From a virus, in the IMG/VR virus record IMGVR_UViG_3300027244_000003: a DNA stretch of 64,000 bases. One strand, written 5' to 3'. The position numbers and the translations under genes are program-made. Below, piece by piece: positions 37,562-47,146 of the stretch (its first letter is position 1; every line of letters starts with the position of its first letter). The notes under the pieces are model-generated. The model had not been told where the DNA came from, ran no database searches, and worked only from the letters and a program-made list of their open reading frames with translations.

Positions 37562-38635
37562 ATGGCAAGCATCTTAGACAAAATTAAAAAGAATTCCACA
37601 ATCAAAGACTCTGCGATTCTTTCTGAATCAAAGTTCTTTAAGAAGAAGGATATGATTCCTACTTCTGTTCCAATTATCAACGTAGCCTTATCAGGTCGCC
37701 TTGATGGTGGACTCACTCCAGGTATTACAATGTGGGCTGGTCCATCGAAACACTTTAAAACTGCTTTCAGTTTACTGATGGCAAAATCTTATCTTGACAA
37801 ATATCCAGATGCTGCTTTACTTTTTTACGATTCTGAGTTCGGTACTCCTCAGTCTTACTTTGATACTTTCGGAATCGACACGTCACGTGTTGTGCACACT
37901 CCCCTTACCGATGTAGAACAATTGAAGTTTGACATCATGCAACAACTATCTGAAGTTGAGCGTGGTGAGCATTTGATTATTGTAATTGACTCAATTGGTA
38001 ATCTTGCTTCTAAGAAAGAAGTTGAAGATGCTATGGAAGGTAAGTCTGTTGGTGATATGACTAGAGCAAAACAACTAAAGAGTTTGTTCCGTATGGTTAC
38101 ACCACATCTGAACTTAAAAGACATTCCACTGGTTGTTGTTAATCACACCTACATGGAAATTGGTATGTTCCCTAAAGCAATCGTTGGTGGTGGTACTGGT
38201 GCAATGTATTCCGCAGATAACGTATACATTCTTGGTCGTCAGCAAGAGAAAGAAGGCACAGAGATTGTAGGTTACAACTTTATCATCAACGTGGAGAAAA
38301 GTCGTTATGTCAAAGAAAAATCCAAAATCCCTGTTAGTGTATCTTTTGATGGTGGTCTATCTAAGTGGTCTGGTCTACTTGACGTGGCGCTTGAGTCAGG
38401 ACATGTCATCAAGCCATCGAATGGTTGGTATCAAAAGGTAAACAAAGAAACTGGTGAGATCGATGACAAGAAATATCGCATCAAAGATACAGACTCAAAA
38501 GAGTTCTGGTTGCCAATTCTTACAAGTAAGTCGTTCTATGATTTTATCAAGAACAAATATTCAATCGGTCAGGGCGAAGTAATGATGCGTGATGAATTAG
38601 ATACTGCACTAGAAGCATTAGAGTTCGATGAATAA
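37562..38635 (+). CDS. uvsX: RecA-like recombinase UvsX
   Basis: GPSKHFKT, YDSEFG, DSIGNLAS.KE, GGG. Confidence 0.96.
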   Translation: MASILDKIKKNSTIKDSAILSESKFFKKKDMIPTSVPIINVALSGRLDGGLTPGITMWAGPSKHFKTAFSLLMAKSYLDKYPDAALLFYDSEFGTPQSYFDTFGIDTSRVVHTPLTDVEQLKFDIMQQLSEVERGEHLIIVIDSIGNLASKKEVEDAMEGKSVGDMTRAKQLKSLFRMVTPHLNLKDIPLVVVNHTYMEIGMFPKAIVGGGTGAMYSADNVYILGRQQEKEGTEIVGYNFIINVEKSRYVKEKSKIPVSVSFDGGLSKWSGLLDVALESGHVIKPSNGWYQKVNKETGEIDDKKYRIKDTDSKEFWLPILTSKSFYDFIKNKYSIGQGEVMMRDELDTALEALEFDE

Positions 38636-38963
38636 ACATCTTGCAGAACCGCCAGTTACAGTAGTCGAGAATAGGAAGACTGGTCTCGACGCATTACGTT
38701 TGACTGATGGACCATACAAAGGTATAATCTATACCTATGGAAAAGTTTCTTTTGATGAAGAAGGAACCGAGAAGGTTCATATGAAATTTGAATATGACAT
38801 CCTAGAAGATTCAGGTGTTAGTTATGATGACGATGAATTTGAAATATACATTGGTCACATTCTCCAACACTTGATCACTAAGCAACTCCAAGAAAATAGC
38901 ATTACATACACTGGTGGAATTGATGAGAATAGAACAGAAGATCCTGAGCAGTCTGATACATGA
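38628..38963 (+). CDS. Conserved hypothetical protein (gp40 position)
   Basis: G.Y.GIIY.YG.V motif; lies between uvsX and gp41. Confidence 0.6.
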   Translation: MNKHLAEPPVTVVENRKTGLDALRLTDGPYKGIIYTYGKVSFDEEGTEKVHMKFEYDILEDSGVSYDDDEFEIYIGHILQHLITKQLQENSITYTGGIDENRTEDPEQSDT

Positions 38964-40317
38964 TGAAAAGTATTGTCGTAAAGTTATCCCATTTATTAAA
39001 AAAGATTATTTCTCTGAACGAAACGAAGCTGTCCTTGCAACTGAAGTAATTAAATTCTTCACAACATATAACAAGCCAGCAACTAAAGAGATTTTATCAA
39101 TTGAAGTAGGTAACAGGAAAGACTTAAACGATAAAGAACTGTCAGACATTAATGAATACATAAAAAACATCAGCAATGAACCAGTCAATGAAGACTGGTT
39201 GATGGAAAACACCGAGAAATTTTGTAAAGACAGGGCTGTATATAATGCAATTCTTAAATCAATCCAAATTATTGATGGTCGGGATAAAACCCATACAAGT
39301 GATGCTCTTCCCTCTATTCTTAGTGATGCTCTTGCTGTGTCTTTCGATAACCATGTTGGTCATGATTACATCGATGACCATACAAGTCGTTATGAATTCT
39401 ATCACAGGGTTGAAGAAAAAGTTCCTTTCGATTTGGATATTTTTAACAAAATCACCAAAGGTGGATTGAGTAAGAAAACTTTAAACATTGTATTGGCTGG
39501 TACTGGTGTTGGTAAGTCTCTGTTCATGTGTCACATGGCTGCAGGAGTATTGACTCAGGGTAGGAATGTTCTTTACATTACTATGGAGATGGCTGAAGAA
39601 AGAATCGCAGAACGTATCGATGCAAACTTACTGAACCTTACTATGGATGAGTTGAAAGTTATCGATAAAGATATTTACGAGAATCGTATTGATAAGATTG
39701 CTAAAAAGACTAAAGGTAAGTTGATCATTAAAGAATATCCAACTGCTGGCGCACACTCTGGTCACTTCAGAGCATTGTTGGAAGAATTAAAGTTGAAGAG
39801 AGAATATGCGCCAGACATCATATTCATTGACTATTTGAACATTTGTGCGTCTCAACGCATGAAGCAAGGTGGAAGTGTTAACTCTTATACATATATTAAG
39901 AGTATTGCAGAAGAGTTAAGGGGTCTTGCAGTTGAGTATAATGTTCCGATTGTATCGGCTACACAAACTACTCGATCTGGATTCACAAACTCTGATCCAG
40001 GACTCGAAGATACTTCAGAGTCATTCGGCTTACCAGCAACTGCTGACTTTATGGTTGCATTGATTAGCAATGAAGAATTAGAACAGTTGAATCAAATAAT
40101 TGTCAAGCAATTAAAAAACAGGTATAATGATCCTAGTTACTTTAAAAGATTCGTAGTTGGGATTGATAGATCTAAAATGAGGTTGTATGATGTCGAAGCC
40201 TCTGCACAAATTGGATTGTCTGACTCTGGTCAAGAAGATGATGGTCCAGTTTTTGACAAAGGTACATTTGGTAAGAGAATGAATACTGAAGAAAAATTTA
40301 GCGGATTTAAGTTTTAG
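38923..40317 (+). CDS. gp41: Replicative DNA helicase
   Basis: AGTGVGKS, IDYLNI, SATQTTR, SESFGLPATAD, KQLKNRY. Confidence 0.96.
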   Translation: MRIEQKILSSLIHDEKYCRKVIPFIKKDYFSERNEAVLATEVIKFFTTYNKPATKEILSIEVGNRKDLNDKELSDINEYIKNISNEPVNEDWLMENTEKFCKDRAVYNAILKSIQIIDGRDKTHTSDALPSILSDALAVSFDNHVGHDYIDDHTSRYEFYHRVEEKVPFDLDIFNKITKGGLSKKTLNIVLAGTGVGKSLFMCHMAAGVLTQGRNVLYITMEMAEERIAERIDANLLNLTMDELKVIDKDIYENRIDKIAKKTKGKLIIKEYPTAGAHSGHFRALLEELKLKREYAPDIIFIDYLNICASQRMKQGGSVNSYTYIKSIAEELRGLAVEYNVPIVSATQTTRSGFTNSDPGLEDTSESFGLPATADFMVALISNEELEQLNQIIVKQLKNRYNDPSYFKRFVVGIDRSKMRLYDVEASAQIGLSDSGQEDDGPVFDKGTFGKRMNTEEKFSGFKF

Positions 40318-40325
40318 GAGAGAAT

Positions 40326-41627
40326 ATGGTAAAAGTTATCGTAGCAAAAGAAAAGTTTGATTGTTCAAAGTTAGAAGGAACATTCGTAGACGAATCTCAT
40401 TATGATCATCTCATCGAAGAAGATACTGATGTTTACATGCCATCATCAATTGATGGTGGAGATCCTTACAGTGAGAAGCGTATTGTTCTAAAGTTTCGTA
40501 AGAACTACTTCACACAAGAGCAACAAGATCAAGCATATCTTGGTCTGAAAGATGCAGCAACTGAAACTCAGAACAGAGGTAAAGCAGCTGGACCACGTGG
40601 CGACAAATTGGGTAATCGTGAGTGGGTTACTGAGTATGAATATGCCATCTTAGAATACTTTGAAGAAGCAAAGGCTATGCTTGGTGAAGATCCAGTTGAA
40701 CAGATTCGTCAGAAATATAAAAACGCTGTTCAGAAACCATCCACACGAAATAATGTTTGGGGTATCCAAGCAGTTAAGAAAGATGGTTTTGATTTCGAGA
40801 AGTGGGTTGAAGCGACAAGCAAACTATCAGATACAGAACAACATTACGAATCCCTGCGCATTCAAAAGAAATATGTTTGTCCAACAACTTATGCTAATGG
40901 AGTTCTTTCTGGCATTGCTGGTTGGTTCGATCGTTACCCACGTATCCCTTATGGTCGTGCTACTTCTTATACTGCAAATAACTTTGAAAAGTTTAAGATG
41001 TCATATCCATTCCTTCAGCAACTATCTAAAGGATTTAAGGAATATCTTCCAGAGCGTTTTGCAGCGCAGATGTCTGCAGCAAACAAACTTGATTCAGCAT
41101 TCTTAGTTCCTGAAACTCCATTCACAACTATCACTGTTAACAATACATTTAGAACTGCTGCTCACTACGATGCAGGTGACTTGAATGAAGGTTTGTCGAA
41201 TCTATTGACATTGTCTAATGATGGTAAGTATACTGGTGGATATCTGATTGCTCCTGAGTATCGTGTTGCAGTTAATCCACGTCCAGGTGATTTGCTTCTT
41301 ATCAACAATCACGAAGTTATGCATGGTAATACTCCGATTGTTTGTCCAGAAGGTTCAGAGCGTATTAGTCTTGTTGTTTACTTCAGAGAAAAGATGCTCG
41401 AGTTGGGTAGCAAAGCATATGAAGATGCACGCTATGAATATGTAGAGGGACGCAGGTTAAATAAAGAACACCCAGAACATAAAGATCGCCATCTTTGGAA
41501 TGGTGTTACTGCAGGTATGTGGGATGAGAAAGAGTGGTATGACTTCTTGAGTGCTAAACAGGGTGGTGAAGATATGCTTGCTAAATATCATCCTACAACC
41601 AAAGGTGCTCTTGAGGAGTTTTTCTAA
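40326..41627 (+). CDS. TET/JBP-like 2OG-Fe(II) nucleic-acid base dioxygenase
   Basis: FTTITVN..FRTAAHYDAGD (HxD), GDLLL...H..MHGNT, ERISLV.Y.RE.M, matching the phage TET/JBP pattern. Confidence 0.8.
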   Translation: MVKVIVAKEKFDCSKLEGTFVDESHYDHLIEEDTDVYMPSSIDGGDPYSEKRIVLKFRKNYFTQEQQDQAYLGLKDAATETQNRGKAAGPRGDKLGNREWVTEYEYAILEYFEEAKAMLGEDPVEQIRQKYKNAVQKPSTRNNVWGIQAVKKDGFDFEKWVEATSKLSDTEQHYESLRIQKKYVCPTTYANGVLSGIAGWFDRYPRIPYGRATSYTANNFEKFKMSYPFLQQLSKGFKEYLPERFAAQMSAANKLDSAFLVPETPFTTITVNNTFRTAAHYDAGDLNEGLSNLLTLSNDGKYTGGYLIAPEYRVAVNPRPGDLLLINNHEVMHGNTPIVCPEGSERISLVVYFREKMLELGSKAYEDARYEYVEGRRLNKEHPEHKDRHLWNGVTAGMWDEKEWYDFLSAKQGGEDMLAKYHPTTKGALEEFF

Positions 41628-41629
41628 TA

Positions 41630-42325
41630 ATGTGTTCCATAATTGGTGCTGTGTTAAAGAATCCTCGTCATGAGGATTTTGAAATGATTCGTAGAGTATT
41701 CCTTGAGTCTAAGATTCGAGGAATGCATGCGACAGGTATATCTTTTTTACCGCATTGGAGTAAGTCAGTTGTAACTATCAAAGAAGCAATGCCATCTGAT
41801 AGATTTATTGATACTCATATGCATATTGATAATATGAAGGAGATGGTTAATGACGATGGTACTCTTTACCTTATTGGTCACTGTAGATATAGCACTAGCG
41901 ATTTATCTTATAATCAACCGCTAGCAAATGAATTGAAGTCCATTGTTCATAATGGAGTTATTACACAAGAACTTCCTGAGAACTGGGGTAACATTTATCC
42001 TTACACATTTGAAACTAAGAATGACTCTGAGTTAGTATTACATTCAGATGACCCACTCAGAGAGTTCCCAGATGCATCTATGGCAGTGTGTGAACTTTAT
42101 GTAGATCGTAAGTTGCGATTCTATCGTAATGGTAAACGTCCATTATACTTGACAAGTATTGAATGTGGGAGTATAATTACCTCTACGGCAGATGTTCCAA
42201 AACGTGCTGAGGTTGCAGGGTTTCCAGTTAATGTTCTTATGAATCATTACAATACATTTGATGGTGACCTTGCATTGACGATTGAGCGAGTTGATATTAA
42301 AGATGCATTAGATTACCAAAAATGA
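41630..42325 (+). CDS. Class II glutamine amidotransferase / Ntn-hydrolase domain protein
   Basis: N-terminal M-C nucleophile, RG.HATG, GHCRYST, HNG, DSE, RPL. Confidence 0.85.
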   Translation: MCSIIGAVLKNPRHEDFEMIRRVFLESKIRGMHATGISFLPHWSKSVVTIKEAMPSDRFIDTHMHIDNMKEMVNDDGTLYLIGHCRYSTSDLSYNQPLANELKSIVHNGVITQELPENWGNIYPYTFETKNDSELVLHSDDPLREFPDASMAVCELYVDRKLRFYRNGKRPLYLTSIECGSIITSTADVPKRAEVAGFPVNVLMNHYNTFDGDLALTIERVDIKDALDYQK

Positions 42326-42960
42326 TATTAGTTGATTTAGCAAAAGTAGAAAACATTATTTCAAATAGTCCAGCTGGTAAGAATACAAAATTCTTATCGG
42401 CTGCACATTCATTATGGTATCGGTTTCACAATTATGACAAAGCATTACCAATGGCTTATGAAGTTAATGGTGATGTTGTTTGTTTAATCTTTGCTACATT
42501 CAATCGTGATGGTTATGCCAACCTGTATGAGATCGTAACACTCGAAGGAAAAGAAGGAAATGGATACGCATCAAAGTGTTGGGACGCATGGATTAAATAC
42601 GCAGTCGAAGAACGAAAGTCTAAACGACTTAAAATCTCTTGCACACCTTCTTCAGTCACATGGCATTATCGCAATGGACTCATCTTCTGGGCAGTTGACC
42701 CGACTGGCTCGTTACGTTCTGACCAACCATTATTCTCAACTAGGCAAGAGCAAATTAGCTACAGAAATAATGCTATTATCAATCCATCCTCTGCTCTGCC
42801 ACCAAGCAAAGCACAAGATCAGTTTAGGTTAGAAGGATTAGAATTATATAAATGGGGTGACAAGAAGAAAGAAAAAACTCAAACAGCAATTGATGCAGTT
42901 GGTACAGCATGGCTACGAGATGCTCTTATGAATCAACCAACACTACAAGAATTTTTATAA
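42322..42960 (+). CDS. Putative GNAT-fold acyltransferase
   Basis: NLYEIVT..GKEGNGYAS resembles the acetyl-CoA-binding motif A; W.Y..G resembles motif B. Confidence 0.55.
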   Translation: MILVDLAKVENIISNSPAGKNTKFLSAAHSLWYRFHNYDKALPMAYEVNGDVVCLIFATFNRDGYANLYEIVTLEGKEGNGYASKCWDAWIKYAVEERKSKRLKISCTPSSVTWHYRNGLIFWAVDPTGSLRSDQPLFSTRQEQISYRNNAIINPSSALPPSKAQDQFRLEGLELYKWGDKKKEKTQTAIDAVGTAWLRDALMNQPTLQEFL

Positions 42961-43976
42961 TGGATTATCGTTTACAAGAAAATCGTAAAGAAGCATTCAT
43001 ACGCTGGTACGCATGGTCATTGAAGTATGATGATTGTGATCCAGCAGTATGGGCAACGAACTATCTTAATAAAAGATATGAACACAATGATGAACAGCGT
43101 CTTTGGTTTGCATGGCTTTATGGTAATACATACCAGTTGCAAACTGCATGGGTACTAATGAATGAGTTTCCTGATTATGAATTAGCAACAGTTGATAGAA
43201 TCACTCAATGGAATACAGCTAACTATAAGAGACTACGATATCAAACTGATACAAAGTGGAACAAAGGACATCTTCCTGCCATGTTCGAGTCTTACCAAAA
43301 ATTTATAGGAAGTGGAACACAACGTGATAGGATGGAAAGTTTTTATGCATCATCAGAGGAAGACACTTTTGATAGACTGTGGGATGGGGTTAAGTCGAGC
43401 CTGCATAAATTTGGTCGTTATTCCACTTGGTTTTACTTACAGCATCTTAAACATACTGCTGGCATCTCTGTTAATCCTACTTCTCTCATGCTGGACGATT
43501 ATGATGGTTCCCGTAGTCATCGTAATGGACTTCTGTATGCCCTTGGACAAGAATCCGATTGTGATCGAAGACTCAGTAATATGGAGTATTCAAACCTCGA
43601 AGTACATGCAAAAGAAATTCTGGAAGAAAGTAAAAGACGATTCCCTGACTTAGCAGGACAGATTGATTTCTTTACCATGGAAACCTGCTTGTGTTCTTTT
43701 AAGAAACTATTCAGAGAACACCATGGACGTTACCTTGGTTACTATCTAGATCGTCAGGCTGAAGAGATTGTTAAAGCAGAGAATGATAGTTGGTATGGTA
43801 TTGATTGGGATGTTCTTTGGCAAGCACGTGAAGAAACAATTGATTTTAGATTAGACCATAAACGTGGTATCGATAAAGAAAGGTTTTCTTCTTTCCTGAA
43901 TTCAGGTAAATTAGAAAATTTAGAATGGATGTTTAATGATGAAGAATCTATACTAATTGGATTGGAGAATTTTTAA
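42960..43976 (+). CDS. aGPT-Pplase / amino acid:DNA transferase-like protein (HhH-glycosylase-like fold)
   Basis: W..WLYG.TY, FGRYS.WFY.QHL, ETCLC.FKK, RY.GYY.DR motifs; context next to the dioxygenase and kinase. Confidence 0.7.
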   Translation: MDYRLQENRKEAFIRWYAWSLKYDDCDPAVWATNYLNKRYEHNDEQRLWFAWLYGNTYQLQTAWVLMNEFPDYELATVDRITQWNTANYKRLRYQTDTKWNKGHLPAMFESYQKFIGSGTQRDRMESFYASSEEDTFDRLWDGVKSSLHKFGRYSTWFYLQHLKHTAGISVNPTSLMLDDYDGSRSHRNGLLYALGQESDCDRRLSNMEYSNLEVHAKEILEESKRRFPDLAGQIDFFTMETCLCSFKKLFREHHGRYLGYYLDRQAEEIVKAENDSWYGIDWDVLWQAREETIDFRLDHKRGIDKERFSSFLNSGKLENLEWMFNDEESILIGLENF

Positions 43977-44419
43977 TGGCTATTAATAAACCACAGCCCA
44001 ACTGGGGTGATAATATGATTGTGACTGGTACAGGTTTACAACCATTTTCAAATGGTGGGACTCTCAGTATCAATACTGCAATGAATACAGGCACTGTTGC
44101 AGCAAGTGGATCTTATACTACAAATACCATAAGTGTACAAAAACCTGTAGATGAAGTTTTAGATCAATTTGATATGAATGAAGTTGTCGTTGAACATAAA
44201 GTTACAACATTTGAACTTGCCAAATTGAAAGAAACTGTAGACTACCACGACATCATTAAACAAAATTTGTCTAAGAAGATTTCTGAAAGTATAATTAACA
44301 AAGCAAGATTCACGAAGAAGCAAGATCTTGACTCAGATACTATATCTTTTCGTGGAAGAGTATGGGTATTTAATAAAGAAGAATTGATGGATTTAATAAA
44401 GGAAGTCAGAAATGTTTGA
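43976..44419 (+). CDS. Hypothetical protein
   Basis: Coupled ORF inside the modification operon. Confidence 0.55.
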   Translation: MAINKPQPNWGDNMIVTGTGLQPFSNGGTLSINTAMNTGTVAASGSYTTNTISVQKPVDEVLDQFDMNEVVVEHKVTTFELAKLKETVDYHDIIKQNLSKKISESIINKARFTKKQDLDSDTISFRGRVWVFNKEELMDLIKEVRNV

Positions 44420-45014
44420 TAAATTTGGAGTAGTTGACGAGATTAGTGTTCAGTTGATTAGAAACCCCACTAAGACTAGAAAGATTATCGCAGTTGGTGG
44501 GCAACCTGGAACTGGTAAGACTACACTGTTTCGTAAATTTATGGAAAATAAACAGTGGATTGTAGGTGAACCAGCCAAGTTGGTATCAGCATCCTATAAT
44601 ACCGAACGAGATCTATACATCCTTGGTAAATATGATGAGGGTGAAACCTTTGCTGGAACAGATCGGCTTTCGATGGCAGTCCAACCAAACCTCCAAGAGT
44701 GGGTTAAGTCTAATAACTGCAATATCCTTTTCGAGGGAGATCGAGTCTTCAACCAGTCATTCCTAGAGTTTTGTATGGAGTTACCTAATACCGAATTGCA
44801 AGTGGTCTATTTGGCAGTCCCGAAACCTATGTTAGAACAGAGATACAAAAATAGGGGTTCTGACCAGTCTGAAACTTTCCTAAAGGGTCGGGAGACTAAA
44901 TATAGTAATCTATTGTCAAACTTTGACTTGATGCCTTATATTACTGAGTTTGTAAACACTAACTTAGAGGAGCAGGGGAAAGTACTTGCGCACTTGGAGA
45001 AACAGTTTAGTTAA
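44412..45014 (+). CDS. P-loop nucleotide/DNA kinase
   Basis: GGQPGTGKTT, GTDRLSMAVQP, FEGDR, R...RGSDQ lid motif. Confidence 0.8.
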   Translation: MFDKFGVVDEISVQLIRNPTKTRKIIAVGGQPGTGKTTLFRKFMENKQWIVGEPAKLVSASYNTERDLYILGKYDEGETFAGTDRLSMAVQPNLQEWVKSNNCNILFEGDRVFNQSFLEFCMELPNTELQVVYLAVPKPMLEQRYKNRGSDQSETFLKGRETKYSNLLSNFDLMPYITEFVNTNLEEQGKVLAHLEKQFS

Positions 45015-45034
45015 GCAAGAACTTTCTGGGAACT

Positions 45035-45730
45035 ATGAACTTCCTAGAAAAAGCCAATTACGACTGGATGGAACTGCTCAACTTTTATGAGCGTCCATTC
45101 AGAGCTAAACTCACACCCTCAAAAGTCTGGATTGATCTAGATCGTTATAAGAACGATTCTGTCGGTCTTGCCAACTATGCTAAGAAGTGGCGCACCAAAG
45201 TCGAATGGCGTAAGGAAAAGTCTAAAGCAAAGTGGACTGAAACCTATGTAGGAATTGGTGGTGAATATGCTCCAGATGAGAGACAGATAACCATACAAAT
45301 CTATACTGATAGGTTCAATTCATTCTCCTTTACAAATAAGTCTTGGACAGCATTTAAGATGAGATTTATTCAAACTCTCATGCACGAATTGATACACTTC
45401 ATGCAGTACGAGAGAAGAGATGACTCATGGAGTAACTACGTTGTACCATATAAAAAGGTGGGTATAGCAAAGAAGGATGAACAGAGAGCATACCTCTCTG
45501 AGTTTGATGAGATACAAGCATATGCGCATTGTGTGTATCTAGATTTTAAGATGCGTAGACCCAGAGTAGAAATCAACATCCTGTTGAATCGTTATAAAAA
45601 GAAACGAGATTCGTCTACTCTTCACTTCTTCTTAAAGACGTTTGATTACGATTTAAGAAACAACATGGCCACTCGAAAGATCATAGATCAAATCGGTAAA
45701 TGGGATCGTAAATACAACCGAATGACTTGA
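45035..45730 (+). CDS. HExxH zincin-like protein
   Basis: LMHELIHFMQ followed by YL...DEIQAYA. Confidence 0.65.
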   Translation: MNFLEKANYDWMELLNFYERPFRAKLTPSKVWIDLDRYKNDSVGLANYAKKWRTKVEWRKEKSKAKWTETYVGIGGEYAPDERQITIQIYTDRFNSFSFTNKSWTAFKMRFIQTLMHELIHFMQYERRDDSWSNYVVPYKKVGIAKKDEQRAYLSEFDEIQAYAHCVYLDFKMRRPRVEINILLNRYKKKRDSSTLHFFLKTFDYDLRNNMATRKIIDQIGKWDRKYNRMT

Positions 45731-45738
45731 CCTAAATA
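45731..45738 (+). promoter_or_regulatory. Late promoter (CCTAAATA)
   Basis: TAAATA core in an intergenic gap. Confidence 0.55.
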
Positions 45739-45762
45739 GTTGATTATTGTAAGATCAACTAT

Positions 45763-47142
45763 ATGGCATACAAATATCCTGAAATGGCTTTAACAGCCAA
45801 GAACATATCAGACTTTCTTAAGAAGAAAGGTGCTGGTGCTTCTGTAAAAACATCCAGATATCAGACTCAGATTAAGTCTGTAGAAGTAGCACATCCAGGA
45901 ACTTTGGAAGATCTTCTAAAATCTTCTGGTATAAAAGGTAAGTTAAGTGACATTAGCGCAACAGATGAGAAGGCGATCTCTGGTAAGTACAAAGCAAAGT
46001 TACTGACACTTACTACAGCAATTGCTGATTGTAAGACTGGTGCCACTTGTTTCATTCTCAATACATTTACTGAGAAGGGTACTCTCAAGACTAAAGATCT
46101 AGCACCAGAGAAATTAAATTTAACTATTGCTTCTGGGTATACTGATATTGCTAAATTCGATAAGGCTGTGTATGCAGGTATCGATAATCTTAAAGTTGGA
46201 GCAGATATCAAAACTGTTTTAACAGAATTGTATAGATCTATTGTTGATAATAAAACCACTAAAGATAGTATCACAATGAATGCTGCTGCCAAGAAAGCAA
46301 TGGTCTCAATTAAGCCACAAGATCGTCAAGCAATCGGTAAAGACTTTGGGGAAATTTTATCACTTCGTTGGTATCTAACCCAACCATTCGGTAAGGGTTA
46401 TACAAAGTTTGGATTCTCTGTTATCAGTAATGAAGCATTGGTTGACTTTTATCTTGATAAAAAGGTTGGTAATAAATCTGTTCACGTAGATGTATCTGCT
46501 AAATTCGAAGCAGGTGCTGCTCCATCAATTGGTGCTATTGTTAATAACATCGGCAAAGTCTATAAGACACCAACAGCAGAAGAAAAGAAAGCCATCGGAG
46601 TTTTACAGGCTTTGGCTGGTGCTGATGATAATACTTCTACAAAAATTCTTAAAGCATTCGAGACTTTAAAGTTACCCTCTTACACTACTCTAAAATCTAT
46701 AGTTGGTGCAAAGGGAGCATTCACTATTGCAGATGTATCTGCAGCTATACAGAAAATAGCAACTGCAAGTAAAACTCCAGCCAACAGAATCAAGATGTTC
46801 AATACAGAATATGCTCCGATGTACGAGTCCTTGGGTAAGAATGCTAGTCCAGATTCATTAGCTGTAGTCTTTAGCACTCCAACTTATAAAAAATACTATT
46901 CTTTAATCTTAGCCCCAATGGGATATGCTTTAGTCGAGTATATGAATAAGAATAAGATCTATCAAGAAATCTTAAATAACATTAGTAGAGAGATGAAGAC
47001 TGAACAGGTCTATCTAAACTTCGTTGGCGACTCGATGACCTTCTCTAAGAAGTTGTTTTCTAACGCTGAATTTAAGTTTGCATATGGAGCCAATGCCAAG
47101 GATTCCGACAATACAGGTATAAAGTTCTCGATGAAACATTGA
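45763..47142 (+). CDS. Hypothetical protein, possible PD-(D/E)xK nuclease
   Basis: KDFGEI...NEALVDF...VSAK pattern. Confidence 0.5.
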   Translation: MAYKYPEMALTAKNISDFLKKKGAGASVKTSRYQTQIKSVEVAHPGTLEDLLKSSGIKGKLSDISATDEKAISGKYKAKLLTLTTAIADCKTGATCFILNTFTEKGTLKTKDLAPEKLNLTIASGYTDIAKFDKAVYAGIDNLKVGADIKTVLTELYRSIVDNKTTKDSITMNAAAKKAMVSIKPQDRQAIGKDFGEILSLRWYLTQPFGKGYTKFGFSVISNEALVDFYLDKKVGNKSVHVDVSAKFEAGAAPSIGAIVNNIGKVYKTPTAEEKKAIGVLQALAGADDNTSTKILKAFETLKLPSYTTLKSIVGAKGAFTIADVSAAIQKIATASKTPANRIKMFNTEYAPMYESLGKNASPDSLAVVFSTPTYKKYYSLILAPMGYALVEYMNKNKIYQEILNNISREMKTEQVYLNFVGDSMTFSKKLFSNAEFKFAYGANAKDSDNTGIKFSMKH

Positions 47143-47146
47143 GGAT

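Noticed and set aside
42560-42832. 90-aa alternative-frame ORF in the GNAT-like gene (also 40660-41106, 43312-43653, 44566-44766)
   Set aside because: Weak or badly spaced SDs and unremarkable products; lengths are compatible with chance.
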